Shown here in pieces: positions 13,801 to 24,578 of a DNA stretch of 64,000 nucleotides. Source of the DNA: Squalus acanthias (lineage: Eukaryota); NCBI GenBank assembly GCA_030390025.1, contig CM059430.1, positions 75,702,001-75,766,000 on the forward strand, written 5' to 3'. A model generated the notes under the pieces. That model ran no database searches. It was not told where the DNA came from and saw only the letters and a program-made list of their open reading frames with translations. The translations under genes and the position numbers were made by a program. Every line of letters starts with the position of its first letter. Position 1 is the first letter of the stretch.

Positions 13801-16800
13801 GCAACACGCTTCTGCACCGTCCGCATATTAGTCCAGAAAGTTATGGGAAGAATCTTATTTCGAATTGTTAAATAACTAAAATGCGAATTGGAATCATCGT
13901 ATTTTATTCAGGAAGACGGGACGCCAAACGAGACTTAAATAGCAGAGTCTGGGCAATCAGTTTATTCTTGACCATCTTCCACGGCTTCCCCAGAACCCGT
14001 GATACTTGTCCCCAAAGTGTCCGGAACCAACCCATCTACTCTAACACTTGTGTGTGAAACGGCAGAGTTCTACCCGGAGGCGCTCAGTTTCACTTGGTAT
14101 AAAAATGACACAAACATTGTGACTGGGATCAACACCATTATAAAGCAGAATTCTGAGGGAATGTATGAAGCTTCCAGCAGAATGGAAACGACACAGCCAG
14201 CCCAGAGCGGGGCTGTCTATACCTGTGTGGTGTCTCACCTCACACTGCAGAGTCCAGCCGTGACTGTTTACTTTGATTCCAGTTCTAACGCAGGTAAGAT
14301 GCTGACATTTTTACAAATATTATCAGCCACTGACCACTTTAAATTGGCTTTATTTGCCCTCAGTCCTTTTAAAGATTGTTTACATTTGCGGATTTGTAAA
14401 GCGGATAAAAGAGGCAAACGGCTCCCATCAGAGGCAATTTGCGACACAGTCTTCTTAGACTCAAAGTTCATCATTGTCGTGTGAAGAAAATCCAAAAATT
14501 ACATTTTAATCCAATAACGTAAACAATTGACGTGCCTGATTCAGTTTAAGGGGAAGCAAGAATCAATTAAATTATATTTTACAAATAGAATTATATCAGC
14601 GTGTACACGTTAACAGTCTCACTCCTCATGCCCTGCTATGGAACCACTGAAAATATATTTCGTACAACTAACATATTGTTCAACTGCCTGATTGCAAAAC
14701 ACCGCCTACAATGAAGAGCTGGGAATTGACTATTAATATTATTAGTTTTATTATGATTCTAGAGGTTTATGGACACACATGCCTTTACCTACTGATTGTT
14801 AGATGTACAGGGAGTGCACTGATATTTCTCGCCCTCATCACCGTCCTTGGGAGCAGTTGTCAACTCAGTAACTGTAAAGGTAAGGAGCCACCTATGTAGT
14901 TTCACTGTGATAATTCTGTAATAAAGAGGGAACAAGATGACGGCGGGCAGATGAAGGAGCGTTAAGGGTCGTACAGAAATAAAATTATGCTGATATGTTC
15001 AACCATTGTATTTGGTTCCACGATCTGAAATGCAGTCAACATATCTGATAAACGAACACCGATTTTTGCATTTTTTGATGGTGTTTTGTAGTTTTGAATG
15101 AGTGATTCCCTGTGTTCCCTGAAGGCATTTAAGGAACTTTACCACTAGGTTGTTCAACCAAGGGGGCGGGAGGGGAGATTTGCGATTACATTTTCAGAAC
15201 TTTTCATGAGCTGTGATCCTGAAGGTGTTTTTGGATGAGCTTTCGTTGATTCACTCGCTGATGTCTGGTCAAAGTTTAAGTTTGTATTTCACTAGGTGCC
15301 CACGGAAACGATGAGGGGCCGCGCCATGTGGAAGAACGGGTGCGTTTCTCTCCTACCTTTTCGAAAATGTTTGAACTTAAAAAAAAATGTGATCGTAAAC
15401 TAAGCATATTTCAAATGTACGCTTTACACGATTACTCCTTATATTGTTGGTAAATGTTTGTGTTCATTTCCACGAGGGGCCACCGTAAAAAAAATCAACA
15501 AATCATCATCAGTCCCAATAGCAGGGGAAAACATTCCCAGCCAAGTACAGCACTGGGTGCACACCGGCCGAACGACGCTGTCCGATGATCCCCCCGCCCC
15601 ACGTCTGGTGCAGTAGCGCTACTTTTTTCTGCGCAAATCGCCCGAAACCATCCAAAAAACTGCAAACATTCGGGGGCTTTTCGCCACCCGTTGCCGTCAA
15701 AAAACCGTGAGGACGTCGGCAGCCGCTCTTTCGCCAGCAGGTGGTGGGGCCCGCAGCGCTGCCGGTAAGTTGCATCTCCCTCCAAATTAAAATGACGGAG
15801 CAGTGATGTCAGTCTGCATCCAACGCCGAGTTAACGTTACCACCGCGAACTTGAACAGATGCACTGAGTCCAGTGTTGGGTCCTAAGCTCTGCATGTAAA
15901 CCCAGCCTGCAAGCAGACTCACAGAGTCGCTGTCAGTACCTCTTAAAGGGATACACGCATCTTTCAGGTAAGTTTACATTTAAGCTTCTGGATGGATTTG
16001 TTGATTTTACTGTTGTAGTGGCTTGCTACAATACATGTTAAAATATTGGTTTAGCGTGTACGGAGTTCAGAAGGAAGGATGCATCCCAGACAGCCAATTT
16101 CTGACCGAGATTATCTGCTGGTAGTCCCAGTGACCACAGCCCCAATTCCCGTTTCAACATTAGTCCCACACCTTACCTTCCCTCTGTTAATGACCATCAC
16201 AGCGTCTCCTTGGGCACAATGCTGAAATAAAAGCCACCACAAAGCAAACCTTCCAATCCAACTTTATACAACTAACCATCCAATATGGCATCAACAAATC
16301 AACTCACTACCCTTATGCATTCACTTCGTGACTGCCTTGTGTGTGCCTTTGCTCTTCCTACTGATGTCACGCAGTGCTACTTCAGTGGTTGTAGCATGAC
16401 TGGTGGAAGTGAGGGACACTGCAAATGGCCTTGCTAGTCCGCCTTCAGGAGGTGGTGGCTGGCAGTGTGAAATCTAGTGAAGCTGTTTCTTCCTGTTCTT
16501 CTTCATTCTCCTCTCTCTCATCTTGGCCAACCATTGGCTGGGAAGGCTGCATTGCTTGGGTGTGTGAAATGAGGAATGCAGAAGCGTGGAGTTGTGGTGA
16601 GGGGATTGCGGGAAAGCAAGAGGTGCATGCCAGAAGGAGAGTGACGTATGAATAAAGCAGCATCTTTTATCCTATCAGCCCCACCGCTGGCCAATGGCCC
16701 CAGCCAAGAACGGCCTGCACTGTTTCCTCCAATGGGCTGAGATGAGGCTAGGAATGGGAGATGTGCCTCATGATTTGTACAGATTGTTGGTAGGTGAGTG

Positions 16801-19800
16801 ATGGGGGGGCGGGCGGATTCATGAATTGTGCAGTGTGTGAGGCTAGTGCTGCAGTTGGTAGGAGATGGCTTTTGAAGATGCATTCCCTGACCTTGGCCAG
16901 TGGTCTGTGGTGCTGAAGCTTCTTTGGGCATTTTGGACAGATGGTGGGGGCGACACTGCTGGCAGTGAACACCTCGGTGATGTGCTCCCATTTCTGGAGG
17001 GCCTCCTGGCCCCTGTGGGTAAAGGAACTCCTATGCAATGTTGACACCATGCACAAAGGTGGAGAGCTGCATATGAGACGCTAGGAGCCCCTTTCCTGGC
17101 TGGCTGAGCCACGTGTGTTAATGCTGAAGCACTTTTCCCATTTTTTCAGCTGCGGAAGGGAATTCTGCTTTAAGTGCTGAAGACTCCAATTCGGAATTTC
17201 TTTTTATTGTTCACTTTTTTTAAAAAGGCAGGATGAGCTGCAAACTGCATTTTTTCACTTCATTTTTTTTTGGTTTATAGTTTCTAGGTTCGCTGTGGTG
17301 TAGCGGGGACAGTTGGTAAACAAGGGCCCTATATCATTAATTATAGTATAATTGGTGGGATTGATTTGATATAATTAAAGTTCAATTAATTAAAGGGTAA
17401 ATCATGGCAGCACAGCTCGACGCCGTCCTATGCTCCTCCTGCGCTATGTGGGAAATCGGGGACACTTCCTGTGTCCCTGACGACCATGTGTGCGGGAAGT
17501 GTATCCAGCTGCAGCTACTGGCAGATCGCATTGCGGCGCTGGAGCTGCGAATGGATGCATTCTGGAGCATTCGCGATGCTGAGGACCTCGTGGATAGCAT
17601 GTTTAACCAGTTGGTCACACCGCAGGTAAAGGCTGCACAGGCAGAAAGAGAATGGGTGACCATCAGTCAGAGTAGTAGGCGCAGGCAGGTAGTGCAGGAG
17701 TCCCCTGTGGACATCCCCCTCTCAAACAGATATACCGCTTTGGATACTGTTGAGAGGGATGGCTTATCAGGGGAAGGCAGCAGCAGCCAACTTCCTGGCA
17801 CCAGGGGTGGTTCTGCTGCACAGGACGGGAGGAAAAAGAGGGGTAGAGCTATAGTGATAGGGGATTCTATTGTAAGGGGAATAGATAGACGTTTCTGCGG
17901 CCGCAAACGGGACTCCAGGATGGTGTGTTGCCTCCCTGGTGCAAGGGTCAAGGATGTCTCAGAGCGGCTGCAAAACATTTTGGAAGGGGAGGGTGAACAG
18001 CCAGTTGTCGTGGTGCATATAGGTACCAACGATATAGGTAAAAAACGGGATGAGGTTCTAAAAGCTGCATATAGGGAGTTAGGAGATAAATTAAAAAATA
18101 GGACCTCAAAGGTAGTAATCTCAGGATTGCTACCAGTGCCACGTGCTAGTCAGAGTTGAAATAGAAGGATATTTCAGATGAATACGTGGCTGGAGGAATT
18201 GTGCAAGGGGGAGGGATTCAAATTCCTGGGACATTGGAACCGGTTCTGCGGGAGGTGGGACCAGTACAAATCGGACGGTTTGCACCTGGGCAGGACTGGG
18301 ACCGATGTCCTTGGGGGAGTGCTGGCTACTGCTCTGGGGGAGGGTTTAAACTAAAATGGCAGTGGGTTGGGAACCTGAACAGGGAGACAGAGGAAAGGGA
18401 ACAAGGTAAGAAGCAAAAGGCAGGAAGGAAAAAAACAAAGGTGTCAATCAGAGAAATCAAGGGTTTAAATCAAACGTGGCCACAGTAAAAAAAAATTCTA
18501 AAAGTTGTAAGAGCGTTAAAAAGACAAGCCTGAAGGCTTTGTTCTGAATGCAAGGAGCATTCGTAATAAGGTGGATGAATTAGCTGCGCAAATAGAGGTA
18601 AACAAATATGATATGATTGGGATTACGGAAACATGGCTCCAGGGTGACCAAGGCTGGGAACTCAACATACAGGGGTATTCAATATTCAGGAAAGATAGGC
18701 AAAAAGGAAAAGGAGGTGGGGTAGCATTGCTGGTTAAAGAGGGGATTAACACAATTGTAAGGAAGGATATTAGCTCTGATGATGTGGAATCTGTATGGGT
18801 AGAACTGAGAAATACCAAGCGGCTGACAACGCTAGTGGGAGTGGTGTATAGACCCCTAAACAGTAATACGGAGTTTGGGGATGGCATTAAAAGGGAAATT
18901 AGAGAAGCGTGCAATAAGAGCACAGCAGTTATCATTGGCGACTTTAATCTACATATAGATTGGGCTAACCAAATTAGTAACAATACTGTGGAGGAGGAAT
19001 TCCTGGAGTGTATACGGTATGGTTTCCTGGACCAATATGACGAGGAACCAACTAGAGATCACGCAATCTTAGACTGGGTATTATGTATAGAGAAAGGATT
19101 AATTAGCAATCTTGTTGTGCGAGGCCCCTTGGGTCGGAGCGATCATAATATGATCGAATTCTTCATTAAGATGGAGAGTGAAGTAGTTGACTCAGAGACT
19201 AGGGTCCTGAATTTAAATAAAGGAAACTACGATGGTATGAGGCGTGAGTTCGGTAGGATTGATTGGGGAATGTCACTCAAAGGGTTGGCAGTGGAGAGGC
19301 AATGGCAAGCATTCAAAGATCGCATGAATGAACTACAGAGTTTGTTCATCCCTGTTTGGCATAAAAATAAAACAGAAAAGGTGACACAATCGTGGCTAAC
19401 AAAGGAAATTAGGGATAGCATAAGATCCAAGGAAAGGACATATAAATTGGCCAGAAAAAGCAGAAAACCTGAGGATTGGGAGCAGTATAGGATTCAGCAA
19501 AGAAGGAAAAAGGGATTAATTAAGAGGGGGGAAATAGAGTATGAGAGTAAGCTTGCGTGAACATAAAAACTGACTGTAAAAGCTTTTATAGATATGTGAA
19601 GATAAAAAGATTGGTGAAGTCAAGCGTAGGTTCCTTGCAGTCAGAATCAGGGCAATTTATAATGGGGAACAAAGAAATGGCGGACCAATTAAATACATAT
19701 TTTAGTTCTGTCTTCACAAAGGAGGACACAAATAACCTCCCAGAGATGTCGGGGATCATAGGGTCTAATGAGAAGGAGGAACTGAAAGCAATCAGTATTT

Positions 19801-22800
19801 GCAGAGAAATAGTGTTAGGGAAATTGATGGGATTGAAGGACGATAAATCCCCAGGGCCTGATAATCTACTTCCAGGGTAAATAAGGAAGTGGCCCTAGAA
19901 ATAGTAGATGCATTGCTGATCATCTTACTACACTCTACAGAATCTGGAACAGTACCCATGGATTGGAGGGTAGCTAATGTTACCCCACTATTCAAAAAAG
20001 TTGGTAGAGAGAAAATGGGGAATTATAGACCAGTAAGCCTGACATCGGTAGTGGGGAAAATGCTAGAGTCCATTATAAAAGATGTAATAGCAGAGCACTT
20101 GGAAAACAGTGTCAGGATCAGACAAAGTCAACATGGATTTACAAAAGGCAAATCGTGCTTGACTAATCTATTAGAATTTTTTGAGGATGTAACTGGTAAA
20201 ATGGATAAGGGAGAACCAGTGATGTGGTGTATTTGGATTTTCCGAAGGCTTTCGATAAGGTCCCGCATAAGAGATTAGCGTGTAAAGTTGAGGCACATGG
20301 GATTGGGGGCAAGGTATTGACTTGGATAGAGAAGCTGGTTGGCAGACAGAAAACAAAGAGTTGGAATAAATGGGCCTTTTTCCGATTGGCAGGCGGTGAC
20401 TAGTGGGGTACCGCAGGGATCGGTCCTAGGACCCCAGCTATTCACAATATATATTAATGATCTGGACGATGGAATTGGATGTAATGGCACAAAAATTAGG
20501 CCTAATACGGGAGAGTATGCACTGTGTACTCACCCGTATTAGGTCCCGAAGTGCCGGTTTCCTGCATGCACTGCGCATGCGCGGGCAAACCGGCACTTCC
20601 GGTATGGCGAATGGGGCGGTTCCTAGGTGAACTGCGTGCGCAATACAGGCTGGTTTTTTTCAGGTTTCAACGCAAGGGTAAGTATTGAATCTTCTGCACA
20701 TGTGAAAAGGAGGCGTAAGACCCCTTTTGAACAAGGTAAGTAGTTAATTAAGTATAATTTTTAATTTTTTTCAACAGGTTTACTTTTTTAGAGACTTTAA
20801 ACAAAGGTAAGTTTATTTTTATAATTAAAAAAAAAAGTTTGTCTAATTTAAATTTTTGTTTAAAGTGGTTAATTTATTTAACTATAGCTATTTTATTAAT
20901 GTAATGGTTTTTTTTAAATTTATTTGTGGTTTAGCTGTTCTTTTGGGGTCTCTTTCAATTCACACATTTGACATGTCTCCTGTCAAATCTATGATTGAAA
21001 GATAGTCTACTGCCATTGGCTCTCCATGGCCCACGTGATCCCAGAGGTCGCATCGCACTAACTGCGCCCCTGGGACACGCACACACTGCACGCCAGTACT
21101 AGGGAGAGGCCCAGGACCCGAAGTTCCTGTGGGCCCAAAACACAACGGCCGGCGCGGAGTGTGATATCGCGCACGATCCTTACCCCCGCGGCAAGCCTCC
21201 GAGTCAAATTTCTGGGCCAATATCTCCAGGTTTGCAGATGACACAAAGCTGGGTTAGGAGTGTGTGGCGTGAGGAGGATGCCGAGAAACTCCAGTATGAT
21301 TTGGACAGGTTGGGGTATTGGGCAGAAGCATGGCAGATGCAATCTAATGTGGATAAATGCGAGGTTATCCACTTTGGTGTCAAAAACAGGAAGGCAGATT
21401 ATTATCTGAATGGCAATAGAAGGGAGAAGGGGGAGTGCACCGAGACCTGGGTGTCCATGTGCACCAATTGCTGAAGGTAAGCATGCAGGTGCAGCAGGCA
21501 GTTAAGAAGGCAAATGGTATGTTGGCCTTCGTAGCGAAGGAGTTCGAGTACAGGAACAAGTATGTCTTGCTGCAGTTGTACAGGGCCTTGGTGAGACTAC
21601 ATCTTGAGTATTGTGTGCAGTTTTGATCGCCTTATCTGAGGAAGGATGTTCTTGTCATGGAGGCAGTGCAGCGAAGATTCACCAGGCTGATACCCGGGAT
21701 GGCAGGAATGATATATGAGGAGAGATTGGGTCGATTGGGCTTATACTCACTGGAGTTTAGAAGAATGAGAGGGGATCTCCTTGAAACTTATAAAATTCTA
21801 ACAGGACTAGGCAGACTAGATGCGGGAAGGATGTTCCCGATGTCCGGTGAGTCCAGAACCAGGAGTCACAGTCTAAGGATAAGGGGTAAGCCATTTTGGA
21901 CTGAGATGAGGAGGAATTTCTTCACCCAGAGAGTGGTGAACCTGTGGAATTTATCACCACAGAAGGCAGTAGAGGCCAATTCATTAAATATATTCAAGAA
22001 GGTGTTCGATATATTTCTTAAAACTAAAGGGATCAAGGGATATGTAGAGAAGGCAGGGACAGGGTACTGAATTTGGATGATCAGCCATGATCTCATTGAA
22101 TGGCGGAGCAGACTCGAGGGGCTAAATGGCCTACAACTACTCCTATCTTCTATGTTTCTATGTTTAATTTTCATTAGTTTATTTAATACATTGCCTTTTA
22201 AATTTCCCACAGTTCCGAGGGAACTCAGTAGCCTCACTTCCAGATGCTGTTGGCAACTGGAACGCTGCACTACCGCCACCAGGAGAGCGTTAGCCGGTAA
22301 AAACCTGTTGCCCGAAGCGTGAATTTTCCCCTGGTAGCGTTTCGTCCATTTTCAGCGGCCATTAACCCGAGTTGCCGGTCACACCGCCAACTCTCGTGGC
22401 GGCCAGGAATTTTTCCCCAAGTAATATTAAGCACACATTACGTTCGGCGCATATCTAGATTCAACCAATTTAACACTAGTTTAAAAAATTCCACACTAGA
22501 ATCTGCCCCCACCCATAAAACTGGCCATGCCCCTCCCCCCAGATCATTGCGAATTTCCTCTACTTGCGCCCATTTTATGGCCTTCGAGGAGGCTCTTAAA
22601 ATTAAGCTCTCTTTTAGGCACAGGGAGCATTTTAAAAGCTTTCAAAAATATATATATTTTAATTTACTACGAAACTGACTATTGTATACCAATGTAACTA
22701 GTAAATGGTTCTGTAAAGTTTTTAAAGTAATTTTCAGTTAATTAAAATCGGGTTAATTACATTGGGTGCGTTAGACACTCGGAATAAAAATGCTTACATT

Positions 22801-23769
22801 TTCTGGTAAACCCATTGTCAACTGTATTAATAAAGCTGCACCAGGTTATCAGTCTTAAATAAATAAATATTAATCCAATTTAAAAAAATAATTCGAAACC
22901 GCTGCCTGTTTGCACTGATACATGACAGATTTTAAGTTCGGTGATTTGCAAATTATTTTGAGCGGATACTTGAGGAAACAACCCTTCTCAAAACTAGCGC
23001 ATTTATTAGTGCATTTTGCTCCGGATCATCGATAGCGACCAAAGTGGAACCTCTAGAATGAAGATCCCTCTACACTAGCCCATCAAATATCTACGGGCTC
23101 GTGCAGTGTGGTTAGATACAGAGTAAATCTCCCTCTACACTGCCCCATCAACCACTCCTAGGTCAGAAACAGCACAGGTTAGATACAGAGAAAAGCTCCC
23201 TCTACACTGTCCCATCAAACACTCCCAGGGCAAGTACAGCACAGGATAGATACAGAGTAAAGCTCGCTCTACACTGTCCCATCAAACACTCCTAGGGCAA
23301 GTATAGCACAGGAAGGATACAGAGTAAAGCTCCCTCTACACTGTCCCATCAAACACTCCCAGGGCAGAAACAGCACGGGTTGGATACAGAGAACAGCTCC
23401 CTCTACACTGTCCCATCAAACACTCCCAGGGCAGGAACAGCACGGGTTAGATACAGAGTATAGCACAATTCAGTTGCTCACTGAGTGTAGAGGAGATTAT
23501 ACTGCTTTTCAGTATCTAGGAATTATTTGAATTCGAAGGATTGTAATGGTTTTTTATTACGCGTCTGAACAAGCAGAAAATTGTGCAATTTCAATAATGA
23601 TACACTGATAGTGAGATATTCATTATTCAACTAACATATTCGTGAATCTTCAATTTAGCTACAGCCATCGCACTCTGTTTCATCCAGCACTCTGCTGACT
23701 CATTAAGGTCATGAGCTAACCAGAAATCGCTTCGATTTTACAGACCACGGAAGGGACGGTAGAAAATAG
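10764..23769 (+). CDS. Gene A: spliced non-rearranging VJ-C1-TM IgSF receptor (NKp30/antigen-receptor-like; pipelines may call it SIRP-, B7-H6- or Ig light chain-like). join(10764..10809,11015..11326,13994..14293,14763..14879,23744..23769), ~266 aa
   Basis: All introns are GT-AG and phase 1. Exon lengths 46+312+300+117+26=801 nt give an uninterrupted frame. The last exon is the least certain. Confidence 0.8.
11015..11326 (+). CDS. Gene A V-set exon with joined J-like strand
   Basis: ttttacag| acceptor; VSQTPE..ITFHC..VYWWR..DSGSYYC..GAGSKLDVH; donor CACG|GTAAGT. Confidence 0.92.
12279..12980 (-). mobile_element. CR1-type 3' fragment in gene A intron 2, followed by a MITE end (~12980-13160)
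   Basis: CATAGAATCATAGAA tail; LINE 3' similarity. Confidence 0.7.
13994..14293 (+). CDS. Gene A C1-set exon
   Basis: LTLVCETAEFYPEALSFTWYK..YEASS..YTCVVSHLTL (C1 signature); acceptor cttccccag|, donor GCAG|GTAAGA. Confidence 0.92.
14763..14879 (+). CDS. Gene A transmembrane exon with intramembrane Arg
   Basis: attctag| EVYGHTCLYLLIVRCTGSALIFLALITVLGSSCQLSNCK; donor AAAG|GTAAGG. Confidence 0.85.
15524..17200. mobile_element. Non-autonomous PIF/Harbinger element; probably resumes at ~22170-22331 after the CR1 insertion
   Basis: GGGGAAAACATT start and AATTTTCCCC end; Myb-like remnant on minus strand (EEEQEETASLDFT); similar to 42885-44560. Confidence 0.65.
17200..22165 (+). mobile_element. 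Near full-length CR1-type LINE: ORF1 (Zn finger, coiled coil, SGNH esterase) 17404-~18350; ORF2 (APE-RT) ~18520-22070; inactivated
   Basis: CSSC..C..C, VIGDSIVRG, HIGTND; GITETW, IIGDFN, SDH; GVPQGSVLGP, FADDT; TTCTATGTTTCTATGT tail; stops and frameshifts. Confidence 0.95.
20486..21218. mobile_element. Harbinger-type MITE inserted in the CR1 RT domain, TSD AAT
   Basis: TIR GGCACAAAAATT / AATTTCTGGGCC; AAT on both flanks; removing it restores GCNISRFADDT. Confidence 0.9.
23064..23461. repeat. Minisatellite, ~6 copies of a 67-bp unit
   Basis: CCCTCTACAC recurs at ~23066, 23131, 23198, 23265, 23332, 23399. Confidence 0.92.
23744..23769 (+). CDS. Gene A putative terminal cytoplasmic exon (DHGRDGRK*)
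   Basis: Branch-like GCTAAC and ttttacag| acceptor in unique sequence after the intronic repeats; candidate poly(A) signal at 24340. Confidence 0.45.
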
Positions 23770-24339
23770 ACTGCTGCAGATGGCATAAGTTGTAATCAAA
23801 GACGGAAACCTAAAGATAACGAAAAGTCTAAGCAGAGGAACAGGCCAGCCAATAAGGAAAGAATCTTTCCTCATCTAACAGAACAAAGAGCGAAATGATG
23901 CTAATGGCGGATATAACATTTCACTGGAACGTGCTGACCTTATCAATTAGGGTTAAATATATAAAAAATACAGGACAACCCGATAGTTTTGTTAATCTTA
24001 AATTAAAACAAAATATAGTAGAAAACCACAATACGATCTGACATCACTGCTCCGATGAGGCGTTCCATCCGACCTTCCTCTTTCAGATGCTGATCTTTAT
24101 GCTGTTTATTTCTCCTTAATTGTAATGTTTCCGATGTGTTTACATCAACATTATGACGTGCTTTCATGACTCCCTGTCCCGGGAGACAACTATTAAAATG
24201 TAAAATGTAATCATAGCAAACGGTACCGAATTATTTTAGCGATCTCCATTTAATGTCAAAGTTGGTGTCTTATTCATTGTTAGCAATATTTAATTTAGTC
24301 TGTCATGAGTTAATTCATTAATATATGTATCGCTCCCAA

Positions 24340-24345
24340 AATAAA
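24340..24345 (+). terminator. Candidate poly(A) signal of gene A
   Basis: AATAAA followed by T/GT-rich sequence ~570 nt after the putative stop. Confidence 0.35.
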
Positions 24346-24578
24346 GCTTTTGTTTTTCAAGTTAAGCATATGTGTGCTGGGGAATGAAAATAATTTGTCT
24401 ATTTATGCCACCCATGTTAGATTCATGCGTTAGCGGGGCAGATATCGATGGGGGAGTCGAACCCCCTCTATTTTATCCCCAAATATGTCTCACTAAATCA
24501 CCAGGCACAAGTATGAAATTGGCATATCCAATACCGATCAACCTTGCGCCTTTTCATCGGGTCTACCAATTCAGTAAT

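Noticed and set aside
11015-14293. Germline-joined shark Ig light chain or TCR gene
   Set aside because: WWR/WWK rather than WYQ, no Phe/Trp before GxG, no terminal light-chain Cys, an Arg-bearing TM exon without the TCR Lys motif, and no D/J segments or RSS
23064-23461. CRISPR-like array
   Set aside because: Whole units repeat with no unique spacers; eukaryotic context
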